A DNA stretch of 64,000 nt from Clostridia bacterium (GCA_030527235.1 JAUNBL010000003.1:31065-95064); one strand, 5' to 3'. Positions 1 through 11,239 are shown, counted from the stretch's first letter. Made by a program: numbers and translations. The notes: a model not told the origin generated them from the letters alone.

Positions 1-262
1 TGTAGGCAAGGACAGCTTGGTGGAGGATTCAATAATTTTCCCGGGAGTAAGCATAGGGAAGAACACCAAGATAAAAAAAGCTATAATCGGCACAGACGCG
101 ATTATAGGCGATGGAGTTGTAATAGGCGATAAAAAGGCAGACGTTGAGGAGTATGCGAACAAGTATTGCAGCGATGGGATTTCGCTTATTGCCGGAGGCA
201 TAAAAATCGGCAAAGGAATACGCATTGCGCCAAATTCTATGGTAAGACGGTCTATTAAATAG
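1..262 (+). CDS. glgC: glucose-1-phosphate adenylyltransferase, C-terminal fragment (5' end outside window)
   Basis: Left-handed beta-helix hexapeptide repeats (IIFPGVSIG..AIIGTDAIIGDGVVIGD); frame open to window start; lies directly upstream of glgD-glgA. Confidence 0.7.
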   Translation, partial: VGKDSLVEDSIIFPGVSIGKNTKIKKAIIGTDAIIGDGVVIGDKKADVEEYANKYCSDGISLIAGGIKIGKGIRIAPNSMVRRSIK

Positions 263-277
263 AAAGGGGGATATGAC

Positions 278-1402
278 ATGAAAGATACAATGGGAATTAT
301 TTTGACGAGAAACCAGGAAGTACGCCTGAATGAGCTTACTGAGATAAGAGATGTATCGGCGCTCCCTTTCGGAGGAAGGTACCGGCTTATTGATTTTGTG
401 CTTTCAAATATGGTCAACTCGGGCATTATCAATGTGGGCATAGCTACGCAGTTCAATTATTCTTCGCTTATGGACCATGTAGGAACCGGTAAGCCGTGGG
501 ACCTTAACAGAAAAGCATACGGTTTGTTCTTTCTTCCGCCGCAGGTGAGACTTGATGTGCGCGGCGGTGTGAGCGTATCCGGCGATGTCGATATTCTGCA
601 CGGAGTTTTGACGTATTTGCACCGAAGCCGCCAGAAATATGTTGTTGTAGCCAGCGGCAACGTTGTCTGTTCCATGACATTTGACGCTGCGCTTGAAGCG
701 CACAAGGCGTCCGGTGCGGATATTACGGTCATATACACAAACTTGGCTGAAAATGATGAGCAGCTGAGCCGCAGCACAACGTATTGCATAGATGATTCAG
801 GGAGGGTAAAAAATATATATCATAACCAGCCGAACCCAAAATACACGGCGGCAGGCATGGATATGTATATTATTGAGCGCGCGCTGCTGCAGTCGCTTAT
901 TGAAGAGGCTTACGCCAAAGGCAGCCATGATTTTATAACCGATATATTAGCGGCTAACATGAATTACTATAATATTTATGCATATCGTTACGATGGCTTT
1001 GTAAGTAAGGTTGATTCCATCAGGACATATTATAACACAAGCATGAATATGCTTGATACGCGTATCCGTCACGAGTTATTTGAAGGGTCTACACCGATAT
1101 ATACAAAAGTAAAAGACCAGGTGCCGACAAAATATCTTTCCAATGCAAAAGTAAAAAACTCGTTGATTGCGGATGGGTGCGTAATTGACGGCACGGTGGA
1201 GAACAGTATAATATTCAGAGGCGTTCATATCGGCAAAGACACTGTTGTAAAAAACAGTATCGTCATGCAGACAACTATAATACAAGACAAGTGCGACCTT
1301 GAAAATGTCGTGATAGATAAGGAATGCACATTAAGGAGCGGTAAACGATTAATCGGTCAGCCAAACTTCCCGTTTATTCTTCCTAAGCGAACCCTTATCT
1401 GA
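278..1402 (+). CDS. glgD: glucose-1-phosphate adenylyltransferase subunit GlgD
   Basis: NTP-transferase N-terminal domain (GIILTRN..LPFGGRYRLIDF) plus C-terminal beta-helix; position between glgC and glgA as in Firmicutes. Confidence 0.8.
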   Translation: MKDTMGIILTRNQEVRLNELTEIRDVSALPFGGRYRLIDFVLSNMVNSGIINVGIATQFNYSSLMDHVGTGKPWDLNRKAYGLFFLPPQVRLDVRGGVSVSGDVDILHGVLTYLHRSRQKYVVVASGNVVCSMTFDAALEAHKASGADITVIYTNLAENDEQLSRSTTYCIDDSGRVKNIYHNQPNPKYTAAGMDMYIIERALLQSLIEEAYAKGSHDFITDILAANMNYYNIYAYRYDGFVSKVDSIRTYYNTSMNMLDTRIRHELFEGSTPIYTKVKDQVPTKYLSNAKVKNSLIADGCVIDGTVENSIIFRGVHIGKDTVVKNSIVMQTTIIQDKCDLENVVIDKECTLRSGKRLIGQPNFPFILPKRTLI

Positions 1403-1415
1403 GAAAGGAGAGCAT

Positions 1416-2855
1416 ATGAAAGTTCTGTTTGTAACAAGCGAATGTGTTCCGTTTGTGAAAACGGGCGGACTGGGAGATGTTGCAGGCGCGCTCCCGCGCG
1501 AGCTGAAACGCCAGGGAGTGGATGTGCGCGTTATAATGCCGCGCTACGAAGCGATAGGTGCGCAGTATAAGGAACAGATGCGCTATATTGACCACATTTA
1601 CATTAAAATGGGGTGGCGCAGCCAATACTGCGGCGTGTTTGAACTCGAGCACAACGGTGTGATACATTATTTTGTGGATAACCTGTTCTACTTTGGCGCA
1701 TCGTCAATATATGGGCCGATTGCAGAAGACATTGAGCGATTTGCGTTTTTTGACAAGGCAGTACTCGCACTGCTTCAGGTGGTGGACTTTTTTCCGGACG
1801 TTATCCATGCCAATGATTGGCAGTCGGGTATGGTCAGCGTGCTCTTGCGCGCACATTACGGCGCAGACAGCCGATACGCCCGAATCAAGACGATATTCAC
1901 AATTCACAACCTTAAGTTTCAAGGTGTGTATGATAAAAAAACCATATCGGATGTATGTGAGTTAAATGCAACGTATTTCACACCTGACAAGCTGGAGTTT
2001 TATAAGGACGCAAGCTTCTTGAAGGGAGGCGTAGTCTATTCGGACTATATTACTACCGTAAGTCCGACGTATGCCGGAGAGATTCAAAACCCATTCTTCG
2101 GAGAGAGGCTTGACGGTTTGCTTCGCGCAAGAAACAACTGCCTTCGCGGTATTATTAACGGCGTTGATTATGATGAGTATAATCCGAGGACAGACCCGCT
2201 CATAGTTCAGACATATAACGCACGTGATGTTGTTGCGCAGAAAAAGGTCAACAAAGTGGAGCTTCAGAAAGAGCTTGGACTTGAGGTGGACGAGAATCGT
2301 TTTCTCATTGGTATGGTGACGCGGCTTACTGCGCAAAAAGGAATGGATTTGGTAGACTGTGTAATGGATGATATTTGCTATCACCAAAACATACAAATGG
2401 TTGTTCTCGGCACAGGGGAAAGACAATACGAGGATACGCTGCGCTTCTTTGAATGGAAGTACGGTGGTCGTGTAAGCGCGCAGATAAGGTTTGACAACAC
2501 GGTGGCTCATAAAATTTACGCTGCGTCCGATGCATTTTTGATGCCCTCGCTGTTTGAACCGTGCGGTTTGAGCCAAATGATAGCTATGCGCTACGGAACC
2601 ATTCCCATCGTGAGAGAGACCGGAGGTTTGCGAGATACAGTGGAGCCGTTCAATGAATTCGAGAACACCGGCACCGGATTTTCATTTACCAACTATAACG
2701 CGCATGAGATGCTTGGAATCATAGGCTATGCGCACAATAAGTTTTTCGACAGCAAACGTCAATGGCAGCAGATGATAAAACGGGCAATGGCAAAAGATTT
2801 TTCATGGGCAGCGAGCGCGAAAGAATATATTGACTTATACGCTTCCTTGTTGTAA
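1416..2855 (+). CDS. glgA: glycogen synthase (ADP-glucose type)
   Basis: N-terminal KTGGLGDV motif and GT1 C-terminal domain; 479 aa. Confidence 0.9.
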   Translation: MKVLFVTSECVPFVKTGGLGDVAGALPRELKRQGVDVRVIMPRYEAIGAQYKEQMRYIDHIYIKMGWRSQYCGVFELEHNGVIHYFVDNLFYFGASSIYGPIAEDIERFAFFDKAVLALLQVVDFFPDVIHANDWQSGMVSVLLRAHYGADSRYARIKTIFTIHNLKFQGVYDKKTISDVCELNATYFTPDKLEFYKDASFLKGGVVYSDYITTVSPTYAGEIQNPFFGERLDGLLRARNNCLRGIINGVDYDEYNPRTDPLIVQTYNARDVVAQKKVNKVELQKELGLEVDENRFLIGMVTRLTAQKGMDLVDCVMDDICYHQNIQMVVLGTGERQYEDTLRFFEWKYGGRVSAQIRFDNTVAHKIYAASDAFLMPSLFEPCGLSQMIAMRYGTIPIVRETGGLRDTVEPFNEFENTGTGFSFTNYNAHEMLGIIGYAHNKFFDSKRQWQQMIKRAMAKDFSWAASAKEYIDLYASLL

Positions 2856-2893
2856 AATACTACAGACATTTTTTTGAGAGGATTTGATAGAAC

Positions 2894-5368
2894 GTGATAC
2901 ATCAAGACATTGAGCTTACCGAAGCGCAAAAAATACTCAAAGAGGAGATACTCGGCAAGCTCAGCCGTCATTACGGACGGACACTTGAAGATGCAACGGA
3001 CGCACATATATATAAGGCGGCCGCCCTATGCGTAAGGGACGTAATTATGGAGAGATGGATACAATATCGCCGCCAGCAGCGTAAAACACAAAACAAAGAG
3101 GTCTTCTACCTCTCGTTTGAGTTTTTGATGGGCCGCGCGCTTGGGAACAATCTTCTTAATCTTGAGCTTACAAAGGATTACGACCAGGTATTGAAATCGA
3201 TGGGGCTTTCGCTTTACGAAATCGAGGATAAAGAGGCTGATGCGGGGCTTGGAAACGGTGGATTGGGTCGCCTTGCCGCATGTTTTCTCGATTCCTTGAC
3301 AACACTTGAACTGCCGGCTTTTGGCTGTTCTATCCGCTATGAATACGGATTGTTTAAACAAAGAATAGTTGACGGCGAGCAGGTAGAACTGCCCGACAAC
3401 TGGTTGAATGACGGAAACATGTGGGAAATAGCCGCTCCGGAAGAAAGCATGATTGTCCGCTTTGGCGGCAAGGTGTTTACGGAGAGTACAGATAGCGGCA
3501 TGTCCGTCAGATACGAAGACACCACTAACATTGTAGGAATACCATATGATATGCCTATCTGCGGCTACAAGTCGAATATTGTAAATACTCTGCGCCTTTG
3601 GAGCGCGCGCGCAGAAAAGGACCTGGACATTTCTGCCTTCAGCGAGGGAGAGTTAATGAAGGCGGTTGAGGATAAGGCGATGGCGGAGTCAATCAGCAAA
3701 GTGCTCTATCCCGAGGACTCCAATCCGGAAGGCAAGGCTCTCAGGCTGCGCCAGCAATATTTCTTTGTTTCCTGTACTCTGCAATGGATGATACAGCGCT
3801 TTAAGCGCCATCACAACGGCGATTTGTCGAAACTCTCGGAGCTTGTCGCAGTTCATATAAATGATACGCACCCGGCGATTGCCGTCCCGGAAATGATGCG
3901 TATACTTATGGACGAGGAAGGCATGGGCTGGGATGAGGCGTGGGATATTACCACAAAGATTTTTGCGTATACAAACCACACTATTATGAGCGAGGCTCTT
4001 GAAAAATGGCCTATGGACCTTTTCATGCGCCTACTCCCGAGAATTTGGATGATTACGGTGGAGATAAACCGCCGTTTACAGATTCGGCTTGAAGAAGCTT
4101 ATGGCAACGATATAGGCAAAATTAACTATATGCTCATTATTGCAAACGGGTATGTGAATATGGCAAATCTTTGCCTTGCAAGCTGTCATAAGGTTAACGG
4201 CGTATCCAAGCTGCATACAGATATTTTGCAAAACGATGTATTCCGGGATTACTATAATCTTAATCCCGAAAAATTTGTTGCGATAACAAACGGCATTACC
4301 TACCGAAGATGGGTGCGTCTGGCGAACCCTGAGCTGTCAGATTTGATTACAAAAACGATTGGTAAAGGCTGGGAAACAAACTGTGAAGAATTGAAAGCTT
4401 TAGCGCCTTTTGCCGATGACGCCGCATTTCGCGAGCAGTTTGCCAAGGTGAAGCTGGAAAAGAAAAAGCAGCTTGCGAAATATATACAGGAAAACAATGG
4501 CATTGAAGTTGACCCGAATTCCATCTTCGATGTGCAGGTTAAACGCCTCCATGAGTATAAACGTCAGCTGCTGAATATTCTTCACATAATGTATCTTTAT
4601 GACAGGATAAAACATAATCCCAAAGTGGAGATACATCCGCACACCTTTATTTTCGGAGCGAAAGCTGCCCGTGCTTATACCAGGGCAAAGCTTATTATTA
4701 AGCTGATTAATGACGTTGCGAAAATGGTAAATAACGACCCTGATGTAAACGGAAGAATTAAAGTCGTGTTTATTGAGAATTATGGTGTATCGCTTGCGCA
4801 GATGATTATTCCCGCAGCGGAAATCAGCGAGCAGATATCAACCGCAGGGCTTGAAGCTTCAGGGACGGGGAATATGAAGTTTATGGCGAACGGCGCGCTT
4901 ACTGTAGGGACATTAGATGGCGCAAATGTTGAAATGAGCGAATGTGTGGGGATAGATAACATCTTTATTTTCGGAATGAATACACCCGAGGTGAAAAGCG
5001 CTCTCCAATACGGCAGACCTGCGCCGCAGGATATTTATGCCTCTAATTCCGATATCCGCAGAGTGTTGGAAATGCTTATAGACGGGACTGTGAGCGGAAA
5101 TAAGACGTATTATGATTTGTATCAGAGTCTGCTTTTTGGTGACCGCAGCGGTTGCGCCGACAGATACATGGTCGTCAGGGACTTTGAAAGTTATGTGCAT
5201 ATTCATCAAATTATAGATAAGGCGTATCGTGCGCAGGACGAGTGGCAGAAAAAAGCTGTGCTCAATGTGGCTTACTCGGGATTTTTCTCAAGTGACAGGA
5301 CTATCAGCGAGTATAATGAAAAAGTATGGCGGCTAAACAAGTATAAAAAGCCAAAGAACGGGAAATAA
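2894..5368 (+). CDS. glgP: glycogen/maltodextrin phosphorylase
   Basis: EASGTGNMKFMANGALTVGTLDGANVE pyridoxal-phosphate site motif; 824 aa; GTG start. Confidence 0.9.
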   Translation: MIHQDIELTEAQKILKEEILGKLSRHYGRTLEDATDAHIYKAAALCVRDVIMERWIQYRRQQRKTQNKEVFYLSFEFLMGRALGNNLLNLELTKDYDQVLKSMGLSLYEIEDKEADAGLGNGGLGRLAACFLDSLTTLELPAFGCSIRYEYGLFKQRIVDGEQVELPDNWLNDGNMWEIAAPEESMIVRFGGKVFTESTDSGMSVRYEDTTNIVGIPYDMPICGYKSNIVNTLRLWSARAEKDLDISAFSEGELMKAVEDKAMAESISKVLYPEDSNPEGKALRLRQQYFFVSCTLQWMIQRFKRHHNGDLSKLSELVAVHINDTHPAIAVPEMMRILMDEEGMGWDEAWDITTKIFAYTNHTIMSEALEKWPMDLFMRLLPRIWMITVEINRRLQIRLEEAYGNDIGKINYMLIIANGYVNMANLCLASCHKVNGVSKLHTDILQNDVFRDYYNLNPEKFVAITNGITYRRWVRLANPELSDLITKTIGKGWETNCEELKALAPFADDAAFREQFAKVKLEKKKQLAKYIQENNGIEVDPNSIFDVQVKRLHEYKRQLLNILHIMYLYDRIKHNPKVEIHPHTFIFGAKAARAYTRAKLIIKLINDVAKMVNNDPDVNGRIKVVFIENYGVSLAQMIIPAAEISEQISTAGLEASGTGNMKFMANGALTVGTLDGANVEMSECVGIDNIFIFGMNTPEVKSALQYGRPAPQDIYASNSDIRRVLEMLIDGTVSGNKTYYDLYQSLLFGDRSGCADRYMVVRDFESYVHIHQIIDKAYRAQDEWQKKAVLNVAYSGFFSSDRTISEYNEKVWRLNKYKKPKNGK

Positions 5369-5393
5369 TCAACCACAAAGGGGGTTGATTGCC

Positions 5394-5594
5394 ATGAATA
5401 AGCTGGCATTGGTACTGGTAATTATAGGTGCGCTGAACTGGGGCAGCATCGGAGTTTTCGGTGTTGACCTTGTCGGTGTTCTGTGCGGAGGTCAGGCGTC
5501 AATCATAAGCCGGATTATCTTCACACTGGTCGGACTTGCAGGCTTGTGGGCAATAACAATGTTGTTCTCGCATGAACCAAGAGAAGCGCACTGA
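5394..5594 (+). CDS. DUF378 family small membrane protein
   Basis: LALVLVIIGALNWG..G motif, two TM helices; ATG at 5394 with AAGGGGG RBS (track start 5385 is TTG). Confidence 0.6.
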   Translation: MNKLALVLVIIGALNWGSIGVFGVDLVGVLCGGQASIISRIIFTLVGLAGLWAITMLFSHEPREAH

Positions 5595-5599
5595 AAGAA

Positions 5600-5638
5600 A
5601 ACAGCCTCCTAAAAAATTCGGGAGGCTGTTTTCTTTGA
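5600..5638 (+). terminator. rho-independent terminator
   Basis: aacagcctcc/gggaggctgtt stem followed by T-run. Confidence 0.7.
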
Positions 5639-5690
5639 AGCTTCGTTTGCCGAAAGAGCAGTCGTAGTAAAACTATGACATCTGCCGCTA

Positions 5691-6614
5691 TTAGGTCTGT
5701 TTCATAACAAGGACGCGGCAGCAGCCTGAAATTTCAAAACATGGTGCGGCGGCGGGGATAACAAAGCTGTCGCCCTTCTTGAAATTTTCTGAAATGCCGC
5801 CGCAGGAAACAGAGCCGAAACCTTCGGCGAAAAAGAGGAAGAACATCGCGTGTTTTGTCTCGAAACATCGTGTGGACGAAATAGTTTCCTCATTGAATTC
5901 AAAAAACTCGCAGCTGATATGCGCGCCGCATTTTTCGCGTCCGCGAGAACTCTCGCGAATTGTTACGTCAAGCGCCTGTTCAATGTGTAATTCACGCATG
6001 GTTCCGCTTTTATCGCGGCGGTTGTAATCAAAAACGCGATACGTGGCGTTTGAATTTTGTTGGAGTTCGGCTATAACCATACCTTTCCCTGCTGCGTGCA
6101 GTGTTCCCGCCGGAATAAGGAAAGCATCACCGGCGTGAACGTCTACATAGTTTAGCAAAGTGGTAATAGTGCCGCTGAAAATAGCATTTGCAAGCTCGGC
6201 CCGAGCGACAGGCTCCTTGAAGCCATATACAATTTGCGCGCCTTTGTCAGCATGTAAAATATACCACATTTCGGTTTTCCCCGTTACGCCGCATTGGTAA
6301 AAATCATCGGGATGAACCTGAACGGATAGGTCATTTTGCGCGTCAAGAAGCTTGAACAAAAGCGGGAAGCTTTCGCCGTTTTTGCCGGATGTGTTATAGA
6401 GAGAACCGCGCGTCTGGGCTGACAGTGTGTACAGAGACATGCCTTGATAACAGCCGTTGGCAACAGCGCTGCTTTCGTTTTCGTTGCATGAAATTTCCCA
6501 ACTTTCGGCTGCGCCGCCGACCGGAGTGTTTTTTCCATAAAGGGCATGCAGATTGTCTCCGCCCCAGATGTATTGTTTATATATGGGTATCATTTTGAGT
6601 GGGTAGACCTGCAA
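5691..6614 (-). CDS. manA: mannose-6-phosphate isomerase, class I
   Basis: YIWGG N-terminus, cupin core with QVHPDD metal-binding motif. Confidence 0.8.
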   Translation of the reverse strand: MQVYPLKMIPIYKQYIWGGDNLHALYGKNTPVGGAAESWEISCNENESSAVANGCYQGMSLYTLSAQTRGSLYNTSGKNGESFPLLFKLLDAQNDLSVQVHPDDFYQCGVTGKTEMWYILHADKGAQIVYGFKEPVARAELANAIFSGTITTLLNYVDVHAGDAFLIPAGTLHAAGKGMVIAELQQNSNATYRVFDYNRRDKSGTMRELHIEQALDVTIRESSRGREKCGAHISCEFFEFNEETISSTRCFETKHAMFFLFFAEGFGSVSCGGISENFKKGDSFVIPAAAPCFEISGCCRVLVMKQT

Positions 6615-6831
6615 AATATCAGCCTTCTTTTGTGTGGATTTATAAATTCGATGCCGAGCATGATGAAATTACCAGCTGCTGATACCAATATTACAATAAC
6701 ATTTTGCCGCTGTCAAGCGTTTTATAGCGCGCTCATATCGCGAGAGAAAGAGGAGGCTTTGGTGTAATTTTTGCAGCGAATTTTGTTGACATAAATTTGA
6801 TGTGGTGGTAACATAGCTATGGGTGATGTAG

Positions 6832-7332
6832 ATGGAGAATAAACAGAAAATTTCAGACAAGCGTGCGGTAATTTGCGGCGCGTTGATTTTAGCGGTGTTT
6901 CTGGCTGCTGTTATCTATTATAATTTCAATGACACTAAAGAAGAAGCCGTTATGGTAGGTGTGCATGTAAAAGGCGCTGTAGTCGAGGATGGGTATTACG
7001 AGCTTCCTCTTGGCAGCAGGGTAAAGGACGCTATCGCTGCGGCTGGCGGCGCTTCGGAAAACGCCGACCTTAATAATGTGAACCTGGCGGAGCATCTCAT
7101 GGACGGTGAAGAGCTTGTGATACCATATATTTTCCTCGGTAAGATAAACATTAATAGCGCATCGAAGGATGAGATTGCTCAAATAGAAGGTGTGAGTGAG
7201 GCTTTGGCGGCAAAAATTATACACTACAGACACAACAACGGCGACTTTGCAACGCTTGAAGAATTGTTGCGTGTGGACGGTATGTCGGAGGATTTATTGG
7301 CAGACATCCTGCCGAATCTTACTTTGAATTGA
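6832..7332 (+). CDS. comEA: competence protein ComEA (helix-hairpin-helix DNA-binding)
   Basis: N-terminal TM segment, SLBB-like middle, tandem HhH (INSASKDEIAQIEGVSEALAAKII..). Confidence 0.8.
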   Translation: MENKQKISDKRAVICGALILAVFLAAVIYYNFNDTKEEAVMVGVHVKGAVVEDGYYELPLGSRVKDAIAAAGGASENADLNNVNLAEHLMDGEELVIPYIFLGKININSASKDEIAQIEGVSEALAAKIIHYRHNNGDFATLEELLRVDGMSEDLLADILPNLTLN

Positions 7333-7374
7333 CGCACTGCGTGTTTTGCCGACAAAATTGCCGGCGCGAGGTAT

Positions 7375-8725
7375 TATGATGGACAATAAAACATTCAAAA
7401 ATTTTGTCGCACTTGCCTTGCCGCTTGTTGTGCAGAATGTAATCCTTTCTTCGGTGAATCTGCTGGACAATATTATGGTGGGTCAGCTCGGAGAAACAGC
7501 TCTCGCCGGCGTCAGCATGGCGAACAGGGTCTTTAACCTCTATAATATTATGATGTTTGGTTTATGCAGCGGAGCGATAATATTTTTCTCGCAATACTGG
7601 GGCAAACAAGACTCTGAGGGAATAAAAAATGTAATGTCGCTCACACTAATTGTGGCGCTTGCTACTGCAGCTGTGTTCTTTGCCGCTTCACAACTTTTTA
7701 CCAATGAAATTCTTACTGCGCTGTGTGGCAAAGAGAATGTGCAGATGATTGATTTGGGATGTAAGTATTTGAGAATCATGAGCGTGAGCTATGTGTTTTT
7801 TGCACTGATTTTTGTAATAAGCTCCGCTCTAAAAGCGATAGAAAAACCGCGCTTGGGACTCTACGCGGCAGTTATATCTCTCGGCTTGAACGCGGTTTTG
7901 AACTATTGTTTGATTTTTGGACGCTTCGGAATGCCGCGCTTAGAAGTGCGCGGCGCCGCGCTTGCTACACTTATTGCGCGCGCCGTTGAACTTTGTGCGC
8001 TTTTGGTATTGTCACACCGATACAAGGCTTTCATATATCCTAACCCCAAAAGGCTGTTTCGTTTACCGGCAGGCTTTGTGGCAAAGTGCATCTCTACAAG
8101 CATCATGGTGTTTTTTAACGAAACGTTTTGGGCTCTGGGAATAACCGTATATGGCGCTGTTTTTGCGCGCATGGGTGAAAATGTTGCCGCCGCACACGGA
8201 ATTGTGGGTACCGCAGAGAATTTTTTGTCTTCTTTGATTTTTGGAACGAGTGCAGCCGCTACCGTTATGATAGGAAAGGAAATCGGCTCGAAGAATATCG
8301 ACGGAGTGAAGCAGACAGTCGGTTTTTTTATAAGGACGAGTTTTATCTTGGGCGCTGTGACAGGAGTAATAGGGTTCTCTATTGCGCCGTTTATTGTGTC
8401 AATGTTTAATTTTACGCAGAGCTCCCGGGAGATTTCTGTGGCGATGCTCAGAGTATTGGCAATTTACATGCCGATACGTTCTTTTGTTATGACAGGGCTT
8501 GTCGGAATAATCCGCGCCGGAGGTGATACGCGATTTTGCATGACGGTGGACGTAGGCGGTTTGTGGTGTATTGGTGTGCCGTTAGCGTTTATATGCGCGT
8601 TTGTTTTGAAGCTTGATGCTCCCGTTGTATATGCCGCCGTACTGCTGGAGGAGCCTATTAAGTCGGTCTTTGCGATGCTGCGAATTAAAAGCGGGAAATG
8701 GATAAACGACCTGGTGAATGAATGA
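7375..8725 (+). CDS. MATE family efflux transporter
   Basis: 12-TM profile and MATE N-terminal signature (LALPLVVQNVI..NIMVGQLGETALAG). Confidence 0.8.
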
Positions 8726-8741
8726 CGCGAAAGGGGCAAAA

Positions 8742-10898
8742 ATGAAACAGACATTTACAGTTACAAAAATGACGTGCGCTTCATGCAGCGCACGAGTAGA
8801 AAAAATATGCTCGCACATTGACGGCGTGCGTGAGGTGCAGGTTAACCTCCTATCCGGGAGCATGGTCGTGGACTATGATGAAAACCTGACAGACAGCAGG
8901 GCGATTATAACGGCTGTAGAAGGTATCGGGTACGGGGCATATCTTGGAAAAAAGAGAGAGGAAGAACGCGACACGCTCAAGATGCGGCTGGTTGTTTCCG
9001 TATGTGCGCTTGTTCCGCTTATGTATCTTTCCATGGGACATATGTTGCATCTTCCGCTGCCGCACGGCATATTAAACATATCTCTCCAGTGCATACTGAC
9101 GCTTATAATTGCGGCTGTGAATTACAGCTATTACGTATCTGGAGCAAAAGCGTTAATGCATTTTTCGCCCAACATGGATACGTTGGTTTCCATCGGCACG
9201 CTTGCGGCGTTTGTGTCTTCGTTTTTGGCGCATTCAGAAGCTTATTTTGAGTCCGCCGGAACTATACTTACACTTATTACCGTTGGAAAATATTTGGAGG
9301 GCAGGGCAAAGCGCTCTACAAGAGCGGCAATTGCTTCGCTGATAAACCTGGCGCCCAAAAGTACGATTGTTATCCGCGGTGGAGTTGAGCGAGAAGTCCC
9401 TTTTGAAGATATACAAAGTGGGGATATTTGCGTTGTACGTGCCGGCGGTACAATTGCTGTAGACGGCGTAGTCACAAGCGGCAGCGGATTTGTGAACGAA
9501 GCGGCCGTGACAGGGGAGAGCGCACCTGTAAAAAAGGGGATGGGCGAGAGCGTGATAAGCGCGACGCTGCTCGACAGCGGCTATCTGACATACCGCGCCA
9601 CAAGGGTCGGTGAGGATACAACACTTTCTCAGATTGTACGTCTTGTAGAAGAGGCGGCAAATTCCAAGGCACCGATTTCACGGTTAGCTGATAAGATAAG
9701 CGCCGTTTTCGTACCGGTAGTTATGGCGATTGCTGTAATAACGTTTGTTGTCTGGTACGCCATGGGCGCAGGTGCTTCTTTTGCGCTCTCTATGGCAGTT
9801 TCGGTACTTGTAGTTTCCTGCCCATGCGCACTCGGGCTTGCAACGCCGGTTGCGATAATGGTTGGCACCGGACGCGGTGCACAGATGGGAATTCTGATAA
9901 AGAGTGCAGAGAGCCTTGAGGTCGCGCATCGTGTGGATACAATTGCAATGGACAAGACCGGAACCTTGACCATGGGTACCCCCGAAGTAGTATATTTTTC
10001 TGAAGACGCAAGGCTGCCGCAGGTGGCGGCGGCGCTTGAGGCGTACTCTGACCACCCGCTTGCAAAAGGAATTTGCCGACGTTTTGAAAGTGAAAAGAGT
10101 GTGGAAGGCTTTGAAAGCATAACAGGGAAAGGCGTGCGTGGGATAATAGACAAAAAAGCGGCGCTCGGCGGGAGCAAGGCTTTTTTGGAAGAGAATAACA
10201 TTGATGTTTCTTCCGCCGAGACAAAAGCGAAAGAAATAGGCTCAGAGGGAAGCAGCGTTGTCTATTTTTCGCTCGGCGGTGAGTTTTTGGGAATAATTGC
10301 GCTAGGTGATGCTCTGCGTGAAAACTCAGCTGAAGCTGTGCAAAAATTTTTCAAAATGGGACTTGACGTTTTGCTTCTTACGGGTGATAATATAGATGTT
10401 GCGCAAAGTGTAGCAAAAAAGTGCGGCATCAAAAATGTTTACGCATCTCTTTTGCCGTGGCAAAAAGATGAGATAATAGACTCGCTTAAAACTGAAGGCA
10501 GGTGCGTTGCCTTCGTGGGAGACGGGATTAACGATGCGCCGTCGCTTATGCGCTCAGACGTGGGAATTGCCGTAGGAGCAGGTACGGATATTGCGATGGA
10601 GGCAGCAGACATTGTGCTTATAAAAAACGATATCCGTTCAGCGGCAGTGGCTATAGGTCTGAGCCGCGCCTGTATGCGTACGATAAAGATGAATTTGTTT
10701 TGGGCATTTTTCTATAACGTACTCGGCATACCCATTGCGGCGGGGCTGCTCTATCTTCCGCTGCAGCTTACCTTAAATCCTATGCTGGCGGCGGCGGCCA
10801 TGAGTTTCAGTTCTATATGCGTTGTTTTGAACGCATTATCTTTGAGGAGGTACAGAGGTCATGAAAACAATAGTGAAAATACAAGGGATGACATGTGA
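8742..10898 (+). CDS. copA: copper-translocating P1B-type ATPase
   Basis: N-terminal HMA domain MTCASC, CPC transduction motif, DKTGTLT phosphorylation site, GDGINDAP. Confidence 0.9.
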   Translation: MKQTFTVTKMTCASCSARVEKICSHIDGVREVQVNLLSGSMVVDYDENLTDSRAIITAVEGIGYGAYLGKKREEERDTLKMRLVVSVCALVPLMYLSMGHMLHLPLPHGILNISLQCILTLIIAAVNYSYYVSGAKALMHFSPNMDTLVSIGTLAAFVSSFLAHSEAYFESAGTILTLITVGKYLEGRAKRSTRAAIASLINLAPKSTIVIRGGVEREVPFEDIQSGDICVVRAGGTIAVDGVVTSGSGFVNEAAVTGESAPVKKGMGESVISATLLDSGYLTYRATRVGEDTTLSQIVRLVEEAANSKAPISRLADKISAVFVPVVMAIAVITFVVWYAMGAGASFALSMAVSVLVVSCPCALGLATPVAIMVGTGRGAQMGILIKSAESLEVAHRVDTIAMDKTGTLTMGTPEVVYFSEDARLPQVAAALEAYSDHPLAKGICRRFESEKSVEGFESITGKGVRGIIDKKAALGGSKAFLEENNIDVSSAETKAKEIGSEGSSVVYFSLGGEFLGIIALGDALRENSAEAVQKFFKMGLDVLLLTGDNIDVAQSVAKKCGIKNVYASLLPWQKDEIIDSLKTEGRCVAFVGDGINDAPSLMRSDVGIAVGAGTDIAMEAADIVLIKNDIRSAAVAIGLSRACMRTIKMNLFWAFFYNVLGIPIAAGLLYLPLQLTLNPMLAAAAMSFSSICVVLNALSLRRYRGHENNSENTRDDM

Positions 10899-11088
10899 AC
10901 ACTGCGCAAAAGCAGTACAAGCCGAGCTGGAAAATGTCGCAGGAGTAATGAGCGTTAAAGTAGACCTGAAAAAAGGTACGGCAACTGTGAAAACAGAGGG
11001 TGCGTTTATCGACAAAGCGTTCAGTAACGCCGTTGAGCGTGCAGGCTTTACTTTTGTGAGCGCTCAGACAAAACGAGGAATATTTTAG
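10861..11088 (+). CDS. copZ: copper chaperone CopZ (HMA domain)
   Basis: GMTCEHC metal-binding motif; 75 aa; overlaps copA 3' end. Confidence 0.85.
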   Translation: MKTIVKIQGMTCEHCAKAVQAELENVAGVMSVKVDLKKGTATVKTEGAFIDKAFSNAVERAGFTFVSAQTKRGIF

Positions 11089-11127
11089 TGTTGCAATTTT
11101 ATAAGAAGTAGGTTATAATGAATATGT

Positions 11128-11216
11128 ACTGACCGCGAGGGTGCGTCCCGAACGAGAAGGCGAAATTTTTAGTGCTGTGCAAAATTGCGCCTTCTTAAGG
11201 CGCAATTTTTGTTGTT
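11128..11216 (+). promoter_or_regulatory. transcribed leader with mutually exclusive antiterminator/terminator hairpins upstream of the hyd maturation operon
   Basis: TTGCAA-17-TATAAT promoter at about 11092-11119. Terminator aaaattgcgcc/ggcgcaatttt + T-run (11181-11216). Segment 11156-11169 (gaaggcgaaatttt) can pair with 11181-11194 as the alternative structure. Confidence 0.45.
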
Positions 11217-11239
11217 ATACGAAAGAGAGGAATAATGTT

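Noticed and set aside
404-789. Two minus-strand ORFs (99 and 110 aa) inside glgD
   Set aside because: Fully antisense to a well-supported gene; no RBS; composition typical of shadow ORFs.
9629-10224. Long minus-strand ORFs (190, 144, 123 aa) inside copA
   Set aside because: Antisense shadow ORFs in a GC-rich, stop-poor region of a clearly homologous P-type ATPase gene.
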